From the NCBI RefSeq assembly GCF_044704955.1, contig NC_091998.1, forward strand, positions 4,340,001 to 4,404,000: a DNA stretch of 64,000 nt. The letters run 5' to 3'. The position numbers were made by a program, and so were the translations under genes. Source of the stretch: Pristiophorus japonicus. Taxonomy: Eukaryota. Of this stretch, positions 12,777-26,113 are shown piece by piece (positions within the stretch are counted from its first letter, which is position 1; each line of letters begins with the position of its first letter). The notes below the pieces were generated by a model that made no database searches, had not been told where the DNA came from, and was given only the letters and a program-made list of their open reading frames with translations.

Positions 12777-13323
12777 AAAGACTTGCATTTGTATAGCACC
12801 TTTCATGACTTCCGGATGTCCCAAAGCACTTTATAGCCAATAAAGTACTTTTGGGGTGTAGTCACTGTTTTAGGAAACGCGACAGCCAATTTGCGCACAG
12901 CAAGCTCCCACAAACAGCAATGTGATAATGACCAGATAATCTGGAGTTCAGGACTGGAACATCGGGTCCTTCATTGAAACATCTGTGAACTCTTGTGGAA
13001 GTAAGTCATCCTCTTTCACGGACCGCCGATGATCATGATGATAATGATAATGATGATGCTTTTGTTAAGTTGATTGAGGGATAAATATTGGTGAGGGCAC
13101 TGGGAATAACTCTCTGCTCTTCTTTGAAATAGAGCCACGAGCAGACGGGGCCTCAGTTTAACGTTTCATCCGAAAGATGGCATCTCTGACGACGCAGCGC
13201 TCCTCAGCACTGCACTGGAGTGTCAGCCTAGATTTTGTATGTGCTCAAGTTCCTGGAGAGAGACTTGAACCCACAATCTTCTGACTCAGAGGCGAAGGGG
13301 TTGCTCACTGAGCCACGCTAACA
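12777..13323 (-). mobile_element. tRNA-derived Deu-domain SINE (SacSINE1-like) with L2-like tail
   Basis: A B box (GGGTTCAAGTC on the - strand) lies near 13262-13272, followed by the Deu core GCTGACACTCCAGTGCAG...GAAACGTTAAACTGAGGCCCC. The remainder of the tail, (AAAG)n, lies at 8391-8405 on the other side of the Harbinger. Confidence 0.85.
12944..13058 (+). mobile_element. Short RTE-type 3' end with (GAT)n tail inserted inside the SINE
   Basis: Interrupts the SINE motif CCAGATAATCTG|TTTTGTT. It ends GTGGAAGTAAGTCATCCTC...GATGAT(n), similar to the RTE end at 20120-20171. Confidence 0.65.
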
Positions 13324-14980
13324 TGATACTTAATTCAGCTTGGCCCATTTCTGTCACACACCACAGTGAATATTGTATAAATGAATTTACCAATCAATAC
13401 ATCAATCAGGCCAAAGAAACCGCACAAACACTGATGAACATTATACCCAGTTCTGAAATCTCAGATTATTTTTGAGCCTGTAGTGGTACTGCCACTTCAT
13501 GTTCGCCTATCTATAGCTTGTTGTCAATCCTGACCCAGTGCATATATCAAAGTTTTACTATAATTCCGCAAATGTTGACACCATTGGACCTTCCAAACAC
13601 AGCTTATAACTTATGAGCCAGTCAGCAATCATAACCTATATCGTTTATCTTTCATAATCCAGGCCTTGACTTTGGGACACTTCCTTTATTCCCAGTATGT
13701 TCTGCGGAGGACTATTAAATAGTGGGTGGGGAATTCCTGTAACAATGGAAACTCCCTAGCCCTGTTTCCTGAAGGCAAGGGTGCAGTGATAATAACTTGG
13801 CACAACAACGTTTAGTGCTCATTATAGGGAAATACTCACCAACAAGAACTTATGAATTTATATCAGCCAGTTCGAAGTTAACACAGCACCAATCTTTTGA
13901 TAATTTTGATTCAAAATAAAACTGATCTGGTAAAAAAAAAGCTTGTAACACTAAGGCTGCTATTAAACTGCAATGTTTGAGTTGATGTCATGTGGTTTTG
14001 GATACGCACCAACATGAATGCGGGATATGACTGCAATCTGCTCAATGATCTGACTCCTGAGGGCACAGAAGCTGAGGGGTGTGGGACCATCTTCTGGAGG
14101 TACTTTCTTACTGTTATACCACATGCAGTATAACTTCAGTCGGAGCAAAGCCAAATTTACAAAGAGCCCAAGCAGTCCATTGGACTTCTGACATTTAAGA
14201 TTTTGATTGTGGGTTATTTTAACTGTTGTGAGGGATGCAATACTCTCCCCTGGTATCTGTATGGCCAGTAGCTTCACTCAGTCTGCCAACTGCACCTTGC
14301 ACATTGCTGATATCTGCAGGATAATGGCAGGCGAATAGGTTATGGGGTAAATTTTCTGAGTTCGCATCCCTGGCGCAAGAGCTTTGTGTGATGAAAACAC
14401 ATACTGGGACTCTCAGCACACCCAATTCTAGGCTGACACAATTCTCCATCCATTAGTTTTTATTTAGCTGCCAAAGCATTCCTATGACAAACACACCATT
14501 ATACATCAGTAGATAACATCGATACAATCATTAGTTCAGCTTGAGCAAGTTTAAAATTTGCTGATTACTAAAAACTACAAAACTGAAAGTTCACGTCAAG
14601 AGTCCAGCCAAATACACACAAGAGCACAGTTCAATAATGATATTTCAATCCTTCTCACCAAATGCAATTCTTTATTTTGCACAGCGAAGTCTGACTGGGG
14701 AACTCATCAGTGACAAAATCACAAGTGATTCACAGTCAAGTCCCAAGAGAGGAAATGAAAACTGTATTTCATGGGGAGGTACGGCGTATTCTCACAATCA
14801 CTGAGATTCTCAGGACCAAAAACATTTTCAAGTATTTTTGCTTGTTCTTTGGGAAGGGTGGAAAAACCATCAAGTCCTCCAATGGTGCCACTGTGATGTG
14901 GTTACCAGCCCACATAAATGTAACAACCCAAGGCCTGCTGAGCTATGTCATGGTTAAGTCTTAAATTGAATCATAAAACA

Positions 14981-15448
14981 GAAAGAAAGAAGAAAGAAAG
15001 ACTTAGATTTATATAGCGCCTTTCTCGACCATCGGACGTCCCTTGGCTCTTTACAGCGAATGAAGTACTTTTGGAGTATAGTCACTGTTGTAATGTAGGA
15101 TTTGCGCACAGCAAGATCCCACAAACAGCAATGTGATAATGACCCAGATAATCTGTTTTTGTTATGTTGATTGAGGGATAAATATTGGCCCCAGGACACT
15201 GGGGATAACTCCCCTGCTCTTCTTCAAAATAGTGCCATGGGATCTTTTACATTCAGCTGAGAGAGCAGACGATGGCCTCGGTTTAACGTCTCATCTGAAA
15301 GACGGTACCTCCGACAGTGCAGCGCTCCCTCAGCATTGTACTGGAGTGTCAGCCTAGATTTTTTTGTGCTCAAGTCCCTGGAGTGGGACTTGAACCCACA
15401 ACCTTCTGACTCCGAGGCGAGAATGCTGCCCACTGAACCACAGCTGAC
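14981..15448 (-). mobile_element. Full-length tRNA-derived Deu-domain SINE (SacSINE1-like)
   Basis: A box-like TGGTTCAGTGGG, B box at 15385-15397, Deu core and (CTTT)n tail are present. ACAGAA flanks both ends. Confidence 0.9.
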
Positions 15449-15700
15449 ACAGAAGGAGGCCATTCGGCCCATCGTGCCTGTGCTGACTCTTAGAAAGAGC
15501 GATCCAATTAATCCCACTCCCCCTGCTCTTTCCCCATAGCCCCGCAAATGTTTTCCCTTCAAGTGTTTATCCAATTCTTTTTTGAATGGTATCACTCAAT
15601 CTGATTCTACCACCTTTTCAGGCAGTGCACTCCAGGTCATAACAACTCCCTTAAAAAAATTCTCATCTTGCCTCTGGTTCTTTTGCCAATTGCCTTGTAC
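15449..15700 (-). mobile_element. Old CR1-type 3' fragment
   Basis: Contains GGAGGCCATTCGGCCC from the 3' UTR and the peptide FKKELDKHLKGKHLRGYG. Confidence 0.75.
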
Positions 15701-17014
15701 TTTTAAATTATGCTATATGGTTAAAGGATAATGACTGCTTAACACACATTCATCTGAAGTTCCTCTCTGCTATTTAGCAGAGGTGCTAACCAGCTGAAAA
15801 TAAGTGGGTTAATACATTCACTAAAATAGCAGAAAGAGGAATTTCAAACCAATGTGTTAGCTGTTTGCAAGCTACGATCTATCAGTGTAATCTCGTGGCC
15901 TTAGTATTATAGCCTTTGCTGTTATTTGACTCAGTTGCACGTTGTGTAAGACTGGAGTTATACTGCACTGAGTTAGGGTGAGCCTATCTACCTGAGCTGG
16001 CTTCACATCAATTGCTTTAGTGAGGTGGGAAGTGAAATTACCAACCAAACCGAGTTAAACAGCTCTTGTCAAATCAATGTGCACCCAAAAATGACTTTGT
16101 ATCAAAGCAAAACTAGCAATTGAATTGCACCCAAAGGCATGAGTGGATCACCAAAATGTGTTTAGATGTAGCTGCACAGCTCCTCAAAGAACTGATATAT
16201 CTCTTTAAATTAACTTTGGATCACTGCATGCTTTGATTTTAATTTATACATGTATGAAATATCAGACCATGCCAGCAAGGTGACTAATTCTGCCTCCGGA
16301 TAATGCAGCATTGTTTTTATGATTGCATCTGATGACATAAAAGTCTGCTTTTTTTTGTTGTTTTTCTTTCCCTGCTTAGTGAAAGAATAACTGACTTTAT
16401 AATTCACTCGTGACTTCCCATCTCGAATCAGGAAATTGCAAGATGGGATGTGGCCCTCTTTCACTGGCCCATAAAACACTTGGGCTGCTGCCCTTAAATG
16501 GCAGAGTGTGAAGTGGAGGATCAATGCCATGCTGAGGACTGAGACACACATCACTTAGAGCACCGTGGGGCTGAGAGTTCCCACTTGGCAGCTTGTACGC
16601 TGACTGTGGTTTGAAAGGTCAGCAGCAAAAGGTCATTCATTCAGTATTTTTTTAAAACTGGATAAAGGACTAACTTGAAATTGTAGTAAATCACAAATTA
16701 AAGCGCAGTTTTAATTCTGTAGGTCTAGCTTGCAAATGCAGAACTGCATCAATGGCCGAGCTGCGTAATCCCACAGATTTCACTGCGGATAAATAGCGCT
16801 CTTAAAATAAGATTAAAATAATGATTTAAATACAATAGATTTTGCTATTAGAACAGGCAGCGTTCAAAGTGATTGTTCTTCATTTGTCATTGCTGGGCTG
16901 GGGGGGCAATGGGAGCTTTGGTTTTCCCCCTCCCATTTTTCTTCATTTATGGTAAAATCCCAACGTAGGCCAAGCCGAAGGCATGCAAGGCTTCTGTCTA
17001 AACATGATTTCTAG

Positions 17015-20000
17015 GTAAGTGGAGAAAGTGCATCCACGAGGGCGCTGAGCACTTCGAGTCTCAACGCCTAGCACGTGCAGAGGTCAAGCGCAGACAATGG
17101 AAAGAGCATGCGGCATAGAAACATAGAAAATAGGTGCAGGAGTAGGCCATTCGGCCCGTCGGCTGTGCACCGCCGTTCAATAAGATCATGGCTGATCATT
17201 CCCTCAGTACCTCTTTCCTGCTTTTCCTCCATACCCCTTGATCCCTTTAGCCATAAGGGCCACATCTAACTCCCCCTTGAATATATCCAATGAACTGGCA
17301 TCAACAACTCTCTGCGACAGGGAATTCCACAGGTTAACAACTCTCTGAGTGAAGCAGTTTCTCCTCATCTCAGTCCTAAATGGCCTACCCTTTATCCTAA
17401 GACTGTGTCCCCTGGTTCTGGACTTCCCCAACATCGGGAACAATCTACCTGCATCTAACTTGTCCAGTCCCATCAGAATCTTTCTATGAGATCCCCTCTC
17501 ATCATTCTAAACTCCAATGTATAAAGGCCCAGTTGATCCAGACTCTCCTCATGTGTCAGTCCAGCCATCCCGGGAATCAGCCTGGTGAACCTTCGCTGCA
17601 CTCCCTCAATAGCAAGAACGTCCTTCCTCAGATTAGGAGACTAAAACTGAACACAATATTCCAGGTGAGGCCTCACCAAGGCCCTGTACAACTGCAGTAA
17701 GACCTCCCTGCTCCTATACTCAAATCCCCTAGCTATGAAAGCCAACATACCATTTGCCTTCACCGCCTGCTGTATCTGTATGCCAATTTTCAATGATTGA
17801 TGAACCATGACACCAGGTTTCGTTGCACCTCCCCATTTCCTAATCTGCCACCATTCAAATAATATTCTGTCTTCACGTTTTTGCCCCCAAAGTGGATAAC
17901 CTCACATTTATCCACATTATACTGCATCTGCCATGCATTTGCCCACTCACCTAACCTGTCCAAGTCACCCTGCAGCCTCCTAGCGCCCCCCTCACAGCTT
18001 ATACCACCCAGTTTAGTGTCATCTGCAAACTTCCAAATCATTGAAGTATATTGTAAAGAGCTGGGGTCCCAGCACTGAGCCCTGCGGCACTCCACTAGTC
18101 ATTGCCTGCCATTCTGAAAAGGACCCATTTATCCCGACTCTCTGCTTCCTGTCTGCCAACCAGTTCTCCATCCATGTCAATACATTACCCCCAATACCAT
18201 GTGCTTTGATTTTGCACACTAATCTCTTGTGTGGGACTTTTCAAAAGCCTTTTGAAAGTCCAAATACACCACATCCACTGGTTCTCCCTTGTCCACTCTA
18301 CTAGTTACATCCTCAAAAAATTCCAGAAGATTTGTCAAGCATGATTTCCCCTTCATAAATCCATGCTAACTTGGACCGATCCTGTCACTGCTTTCCAAAT
18401 GCGCTGCTATTTCATCCTTAATAATTGATTCCAACATTTTCCCCACTACTAATGTCAGGCTAACCAGTCTATAATTACCCGCTTTCTCTCTCCCTCCCTT
18501 TTTAAAAAGTGGTGTTACATTCGCTACCCTCCAGTCCATAGGAACTGATCCCGAGTCGATAGACTGTTGGAAAATGATCACCAATGCATCCACTATTTCT
18601 AGGGCCACTTCCTTAAGTACTCTGGGATGCAGACTATCAGGCCCATGGAATTTATCGGCCTTCAATCCCATCAATTTCCCTAACACAATTTCCCACTTAA
18701 TAAGGATATCCTTCAGTTCCTCCTTCTCACTAGACCATCAGTCCCCTAGTACTTCCGGAAAGTTATTTGTGTCTTCCTTCGTGAAGACAGAACCAAAGTA
18801 TTTGTTCAATTGGTCTGCCATTTCTTTGTTCCCCATTATAAATTCACCTGAATCCGACTGCAAGGGACCTACGTTTGTCTTCACTAATCTTTTTCTCTTC
18901 ACATATCTATAGAAACTTTTTGCAGTCAGTTTTTATGTTCCCGGCAAGCTTCTTCTCGTATTCTATTTCCCTCCTCTTAATTAAACCTTTGTCCTCCTCT
19001 GCTGAATTCTAAATTTCTCCCAGTCCTCAGGTTTGCTGCTTTTTCTGGCCAATTTATATGCCTCTTCCTTGGATTTAACACTGTCCTTAATTTCCCTTGT
19101 TAGATACGGTTGAGCCATCTTCTCCGTTTTATTTTTACTCCACACAGGGATGTATAATTGCTGAAGTTCATCCATGTGATCTTTAAATGTTTGCCATTGT
19201 CTATCCACCTTCAACCTTTAAGTATCATTTTCCAGTCTATTCTAGCCAATTCACGCCTCAAACCATCGAAGTTACCTTTCCTTAAGTTCAGGACCCTAGT
19301 TTCTGAACTAACTGTGTCACTCGCCATCCTAATAAAGAATTCTACCATGTTATGGTCACTCTTCCCCAAGGGGTCTCGCACAACAAGATTGCTAATTAGT
19401 CCTTTCTCATTACACATCACCCAGTCTAGGATGGCCAGCTCCTGGTTGGTTCCTCGACATATTGGTCTAGAAAACCATCCCTAATATACTCCAGGAAATC
19501 CTCCTCCACCGCATTGCTACCAGTTTGGTTAGCCCAATTAATAAGTAGATTAAAGTCACCCATGATAACTGCTATACCTTTATTGCATGTATCCCTAATT
19601 TCTTGTTTGATGCTGTCCCCAACCTTACTACTACTGTTTGGTGGTCTGTACACAACTCCCACTAGAGTTTTCCACCCGTTGGTGTTCTGCTGCTCCACCC
19701 ATACCGATTCCACATCATCCAAGCTAATGTCCTTTCTTACTATTGCATTAATTTCCTCTTTAACCAGCAATGCCACCCCGCCTCCTTTTTTCTTTCTGTC
19801 TATCCTTCCTAAATGTTGAATGCCCCTGGATGTTGAGTTCCCATCCTTGGTCACCCTGGAGCCATGTCTCCATGATGCCAATTACATCATATCCGTTAAC
19901 TGCTGTCTGCGCAGTTAATTCGTCCACCTTATTCCGAATACTCCTCGCATAGAGGCACAGAGCCTTCAGGCTTGTCTTTCTAACACACTTTGCCCCTTTA

Positions 20001-20171
20001 GAATTTTGCTGTAATGTGGCAAACCAGTCTCACGCATCCCTTCCGTCAACGACAATCTGTCCCACCTGTGACAGAGTCTCTCATATTGAACTGTTCAGCC
20101 ACCAAAGAACTCACTTCAGGAGTGGAAGGAAGTCTTCCTCGATCTGAGGGACTGCCTATGATGATGATGAT
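17015..20171 (+). mobile_element. RTE 3' fragment split by a CR1 insertion (pieces about 17015-17115 and 20021-20171)
   Basis: The joined reading is WRKCIHEGAEHFESQRLARAEVKRRQWKEHAA|NQSHASLPSTTICPTCDR, followed by a (GAT)n tail. Confidence 0.75.
17114..20013 (-). mobile_element. CR1 LINE, near-complete ORF2 (endonuclease plus RT) and 3' UTR, decayed
   Basis: ORF2 start region KTSLKALCL..RSIRNK, then GDFN, KSDHN, NYRLVSLT, SGVPQGSVLGP and FADD. The (TTTCTATG) tail is at 17114. Flanks are ATGCGGCA and ATGTGGCA. Confidence 0.95.
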
Positions 20172-20499
20172 CTTCATTTGTCCTTGCAGTTTCTGATTGC
20201 AGTGCTTGTTGGAGCCACGTCCAAAGTTGCATCTTTTTCAGTTTATATATGTTCTATTATCCTAATTTTCCAAACTTTTGCAATCTGCTTTCTAACTAGG
20301 AGCAAGAGTTCCTCCAGAAGTCATGTGTTAAGAATATTTACTCCGAACAGAATCTCCAGTCTATTCTATTAGAATGTGCTTTCGACCATTAGAAAGAAAA
20401 GAAATGTATTTGTTAACCCTGAGCCAAATCTTCCCCTTTTGCTAACAACAAAACCCTGGTTACCCCCAAGCACCAGGTGTGTGATCCAAATCATCCATT

Positions 20500-20708
20500 T
20501 GGGGTCATTTTGGAAAGCGTTAAACCGAGGTCCTGTCGAACATCTCAGGTGGATATAAAATATCTCATTTAAAAACGAGCAAGGACGTTCTCTAGGTGTC
20601 CTGGCCACTATTTATCCTTCAACCAATCCCACAAAAACAGATTATCTGCTCACTTTTCTCATTGTTGTTTGTGGGACCTTGCTGTGAGCAAACTGGCTGC
20701 CTTGTTTC
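20500..20708 (+). mobile_element. Degenerate Deu-SINE fragment
   Basis: CGTTAAACCGAGG and GGTGTCCTGGCCACTATTTATCC...AACAGATTATCTG match the SINE core at 14981-15448. Confidence 0.7.
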
Positions 20709-20913
20709 TCTGTTTTTCTTCAATGATGTTGAATCTCTCTCTTTGTGTAGTATTTCTCTCATCACTTTTTCTGGGCCTTACTAGCACCAAACATGGTCAC
20801 ACCATCCTTCTTCTTCACCAATGTTCATAGAAATCTTCACGTATGTTGGCCTGATCTGGCCAGTAAGAATACTTAAGAGTGACCAAAATGGCCTTTCCCT
20901 CTCATTTCCTTTC

Positions 20914-21187
20914 TGTAATGTGTGCCCCTGTGAGTATGCTCACAGGTTGGTAGAGCTGTTGAGTTGTGAGTGGCTTAGCCAGTCACATGATGTTCACAAG
21001 ACTCAATAAAACCCCAGCCAGTTGGGTTCGGGGGATCCACGATGAGGCAGGTAGTTGTGAGCCTGGTGGATGAACTGGTAATGTGCAGTATGATTGTTAA
21101 ACCTTTGTTAATAAACCAACTAGTATTTAATAACAATGTGTTGCTATGAATTCTTATGCAAAGAACCCATGAAGCAAATACATTACA
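20914..21187 (+). mobile_element. Solo LTR (274 bp)
   Basis: Inverted termini TGTAATGT...ACATTACA, internal AATAAA, and flanks CTTTC / CCTTC (5-bp TSD with one mismatch). Confidence 0.7.
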
Positions 21188-21647
21188 CCTTCCCCGGTCT
21201 GTTTGCTGCTTTTCCACAACAACAGATCAGAAACTTATATCTCACCATGTGAAGGATCCTGGGCGAGTATCTCTGTGCCATCACTCTGACTTCCACTGTG
21301 CTACACAGCATTCCCAATATTTTCAATACAATCAGAACCACAGCTAGCCTGTAATGTAGTATCCAATGTCGAACAGGTTTTATTTCACGGCAATTCAACC
21401 AAAGGCCAGCTTTCTTGGTCTAAGTCTCACTGTACTTTTCAGAAGGGCTATTGGTGGCAAACATGAACAACGTGGGCACTGGCTCGGCCCAGTCTTTGAT
21501 GCCACGGTACAGACTGATGCAAATGTAATTGTTCGAATGAGTATCATTTGATTTCACAAGACCAAAAGATAAGAATGGATGTAGAAAGCTCTGTGGCTCA
21601 TTATGACTTCATTCTTCCAGAAAACCAACTCGACTGAATTTACATTA

Positions 21648-22078
21648 CATAGAATCATAGAAATTTACAGCAAAAATGGAGGCCATTTGCCCCATCGTGT
21701 CCGTGCCGGCCAAAAAGCAGCTATCCAGCCTAATCCCACTTTCCAGCTCTTGGTCTGTAGCCCTGTAGGTTACAGCACTTCAAGTGCATATCTAAGTACT
21801 TTTCAAAGGCGATGAGAGTTTCTGCCTCTACCACCCTTTCAGGCATTGAGTTCCAGACCCCCACCACCCTCTGGGTGAATAAAGTTCTCCTCAACTCCTC
21901 TCTAATACTTCTACTAATTACTTTAAATTTATGCCCCCTAGTTATTGATCTTTCTGCTAAGGGAAATAGGTCCTTCCTATCCACTCTATCTAGGCCCCTC
22001 ATAATTTGATGCACCTCAATGAAGTCTCTCCTCAGCCTCCTCTGTTCTAAAGAAAACAACCCCAGCCGATCCAATCTT
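21648..22078 (-). mobile_element. CR1 3' fragment
   Basis: ORF 21730..22074 reads RLGLFSLEQRRLRRDFIEV...FTQRVVGVWNSMP, followed by the 3' UTR. Confidence 0.88.
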
Positions 22079-23258
22079 AAAGTTGTTTCTAAATGGCAGC
22101 TTCGGCAGCAGTGTAGGGGAGGTTCTCTCTGTAACCCTCAATTATATTTTCTTATAATACATTTTCTTCCAGGTCCTGAACTGACTTGATGGCACAGTGC
22201 AGGACTTATGCAGCCACAGACAAAACCCAATCTGGATTCAATAGTCACAAAAACAACTTTGGCAATGACTGAAGATATATTAACCAAGGTTCTTGATGTA
22301 TCAAGCATCAGTATGTCCAAAATGATCAGACTCCCACCAACCTATCTAAACTACAGTGAAAAACACGTCAGTAATTGATCTCTTTTTAGCAACTATTGTA
22401 ATCACAGATATATGGTAATGGATATAAAATAGACTCTAAACTGATGGCATTTTAAATAAAAACAGGCCCATAGTTTATGAAAATATAATCAATTGTCAAA
22501 TATCTCAAGAAAGGGATGATATAAGTGACTTGTGTTGACAGTCTGAATATTAAAATGCTGCACCCATTTCCCATAAGCCACTTTTTCCACATCTGGTGAC
22601 TTTCAGCAGAGAATTTCATGTTGCACATCTGCTCTTTGACAAGTGAACAGTATTATTCAACTTTGTCTAAGCTTATTGCTTCCATTTGTACTTCTTTCAT
22701 TTTATATGCTAAATTGGATACACATTCAAACAGTAAGAACTGCTCGTGTCTTCAGATCCTCTTTCCAAAACGATTCACACAGAGATAAAGGGACCCTCAG
22801 CCCGTAATAAAGATCACTGTTTATATGAGGGCAGAATTTTAATCTTTGCTTTGAAAGGGTCTGGCATTCCAGTACGTTACATTTTTTAGCCATAAAAATA
22901 GTTATCCTCTTTCAAGTCAAAAATTACAAGTTGCTCTGAAGACGCTGGATCACTTTATTAAGTTTCGGTGACATTGGAGAGAGAAGAGTTGTTAATGTGA
23001 AGCTCTGGCGGGAATCCACAATCCCAGCACAAGTCACTGTGCTGCACAGGACACTTGTATCAGATTCCGAAAGCACAGATGGGAAACTTTTCATGAAAAA
23101 GTTTGAAAGTTATTTATATGGGTTGTCAAAATGGTAATGGCTAAAAACGCTATGGAAGGTACACAACATATGGACAAAGACACTGAAATGAGTAAAGGCC
23201 ATTGAACCTATCCCGTGCACTCCATTCTCGGGTGTCATTTAAGAATGTGTATTGGTTT

Positions 23259-23713
23259 GGGGGAGAAATTCGGGAGCGGTACATTTGTGGCACTAACTTT
23301 TAAAAATTGAAAAGATTAGCACCGAGCACAAATGGTTTTCAACTTTAAAAAAATTTGGGGTTTGCACTCCAGGAAGGAAGTGGAGCACTAAATCCAGCAC
23401 TAAATCAAGCGCTTCACTTCCTTCCTGGAGTGCAACAGGAGCAGGCGGGGTAGTAGGTGTGCAACGTGTTCGGAGGCTCCTTCCCTCCATTAGTTCGGGT
23501 CCGGGACAGTACCAAGGCGATGTGCACGACGATGACGTCACGATCTCCAGGCGAAGGAGATTAGGGTGCAACGCCGAAGCGCCACCTCAAACCTCCCGCC
23601 GAATTTAGCGGGAGTCGATCATCTTGCCGCACCCGGTCGGTAAATGGTTAGCGCCCCGTTATCACCCCCCGGAAGCTATAACGAGAGGCACTATGGAGGC
23701 CAATTTCTCGGCC
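23259..23713. mobile_element. Putative MITE (Harbinger-like termini)
   Basis: Imperfect TIRs GGGGGAGAAATT / AATTTCTCGGCC. The CpG-rich body contains an internal inverted pair (GCACTCCAGGAAGGAAGTG / CACTTCCTTCCTGGAGTGC). Confidence 0.5.
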
Positions 23714-25541
23714 ATTATGTCTCAATACATCGCAGAGAATTTACAGCACAGAAACAGGCCATTCGGCCCAACCGGTCTATGTCGGTGTTTATGCTCCACT
23801 TGAGCCTCCTCCCACCACTCTTCATCTCACCCCATCACCATATCCTTCCAAATATATAATTCCTCGATCTCCAAAACCCATGAACCCTCTACTTCTTTTA
23901 GCAGCTAGTCTTACCAGTGTACTGTTATGTCAGTTAAAAAATATCTTTGCTGAAACAATGAGTGGTGACGATTTCATGAGAAGACCTCACCCACAGAATT
24001 ATTATTTTTATCATTTTTGTTATTTCCTGTCAACTTCCATTAATTCCGTTAAAACAATGGGATGATACGGTTCGGCCTGGAGGATTCTGTCAACCTGACA
24101 GTGTGAAGGAAGTTCAAGTAACATCGGTACAAACAGAAAGGAGTGTTAAAGTTAACCATATCCATTGTTTGATTTTAAGAGGTACCAATGGCAAGACTCA
24201 CTTTTTAACTTTTTTAAAGTTAATTGAGAGATAATTTCGCTTTTTAAGTTGTCAGTCTTCATTGATTCACTGCATTTTGCTGTTAGGCTACTGTCAAGTA
24301 CAAAAAAAGAGAAATGCCAACTAAATTGTAGGATTCATATAAATACCAGCAATTGGAGGAAGCTGGGGTTAATGTTACACGTCTGTGTCCTTTTATTGGG
24401 GTTCTGGAGGGTTTTGCTGGACTTCCCGCTAGAAGTCCAAGGAAATTACGGAGTAGTGTGAGAACTGGCTTAACTCATGCACCATATTTGCCTCAGATTT
24501 TTGTACAGGATAATGCCTTTATAATATAAATGGAGGATAAGCCATACTCTTAAGTTCCTCTGGAATGTGTAACTGGAATCGCCCAGCCTAAGTTCTGAGT
24601 GAATTTCCAATTTGTAATTCAATCCATTTTGACTTCAGAAGCCACAGAGGATAGGTCTCTCCAAAAACCACCAAGTTCCAGCCAAAGTCCATTACCCCAG
24701 TGTAAGTGCATCCCTCCCACAGCTGAAGTCCATTACCCCAGCAATCCCTCCGCCAGCTGAAGACCCTTACCCAATTGCAAGAACTTCCTCCCCACCCTCC
24801 CGAATTTTTTAAGGCTGTAACTAGTAGAGTGGACAAGGGAGAACCAGTGGATGTGGTGTATTTGGACTTTCAAACAGCTTTTGACAAGGTCCCACAAAAT
24901 AGATTATTGTGCAAAATTAAAGCACATTGTATTGGGGGTAATGTATTGACGTGGATAGAGAACTGGTTGGCAGACAGGAAGCAAAGAATAGGAAAAAACG
25001 GGTCCTTTTCAGAATGGCAGGCAGTGACTAGTGGGATACCGCAAGGTTCAGTGCTGGGACCCCAGCTATTTACAATATACATTAATGATTTGGACAAAGG
25101 AATTGAATGTAATATCTCCAACTTTGCAGATGACACGAAGCTGGGTGGCAGTGTGAGCTGTGAGGAGGATGCTAAGAGGCTGTAGGGTGACTTGGATAGG
25201 TTAGATGAGTGGGCAAATGCATGGCAGATGCAGTATAATGTAGATAAATGTGAGGTTATCCACTTTGGTGGCAAAAACAGGAAGGCAGAATATTATTTGA
25301 ATGGTGACAGATTAGGAAAAGGGGAGATGCAACGAGACCAGGGTGTCATGGTACATCAGTCATTGAAAGTACAGAAGACGGTGAAGGCAAATGGCATGTT
25401 GGCCTTCATAGCGAGAGGATTTGAGTATAGGAGCAGGGAGGTCTTACTGCAGTTGTACAGGGCCTTGGTGAGGCCTCACCTGGAATATTGTGTACAGTTT
25501 TGGTCTCCTAATCTGAGGAAGGACATTCTTGCTATTGATGG

Positions 25542-25788
25542 TGTCATGTATCTTACATTATTATATATAACTGTATCCTAACATGCTATACATGACTGTA
25601 ATAAGATATGACCTGTAAACACAAGCATATCTTACCACCAGGGGTGCACTTACAAGAGACAGGTATATAAGGACAGGTCTCAGGCAAGTGCAGCATTCCA
25701 GAGCTGTGAAATAAAGGTACAGGCCAGAGTGACCTTGATTTCACTACATGCCTCGTGTGAATCTGTAGTGAGGGGACAGGACTTTACA
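25542..25788 (+). repeat. LTR (U3-R-U5) with TATA box at 25664 and AATAAA at about 25710
   Basis: TGTCATG...TTTACA, near-identical to 30321-30568. Confidence 0.95.
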
Positions 25789-26079
25789 GATGGAGTGTAG
25801 CGAAGGTTCACCAGATTGATTCCTGGGATGGCAGGACTGACATATGAAGAAAGACTGGATTGACTCAGCTTATATTCACTGGAATTTAGAAGAATGAGAG
25901 GAGATCTCATAGAAACATATAAAATTCTGACGGGATTGGACAGGTTAGATGCAGGAAGAATGTTCCCGATGTTGGGGAAGTCCATTCCAGAGCTGTGAAA
26001 TAAAGGTGCAGGTCCAGAGTGACCTTGACTTCACTACATGCCTCGTGTGAGTCTGTACTGAGGGGACAGGACTTTACAG

Positions 26080-26099
26080 TGGCGACGGGTTACGGGATT
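26080..26099 (+). promoter_or_regulatory. Primer-binding site complementary to the tRNA-Ser(GCT) 3' end
   Basis: TGGCGACGGGTTACGGGATT follows the LTR. The expected complement of vertebrate tRNA-Ser(GCT) is TGGCGACGAGGATGGGATT. Confidence 0.75.
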
Positions 26100-26113
26100 A
26101 CAGAATCCACAGA

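Noticed and set aside
13963-14449. ORFs in unique sequence (also 512..982, 16210..16554 and 43582..44428)
   Set aside because: They are short, contain no recognisable domain and lack consistent splice or start context.
15370-15448. tRNA gene (also 13250-13320)
   Set aside because: The A and B boxes belong to SINE heads continuous with the Deu core and tail. No convincing cloverleaf was seen.
24870-25274. Long antisense ORFs over CR1 and Gypsy elements (also 35766..36350 and 52536..53150)
   Set aside because: These are shadow frames of retroelement coding sequence that recur in every copy.
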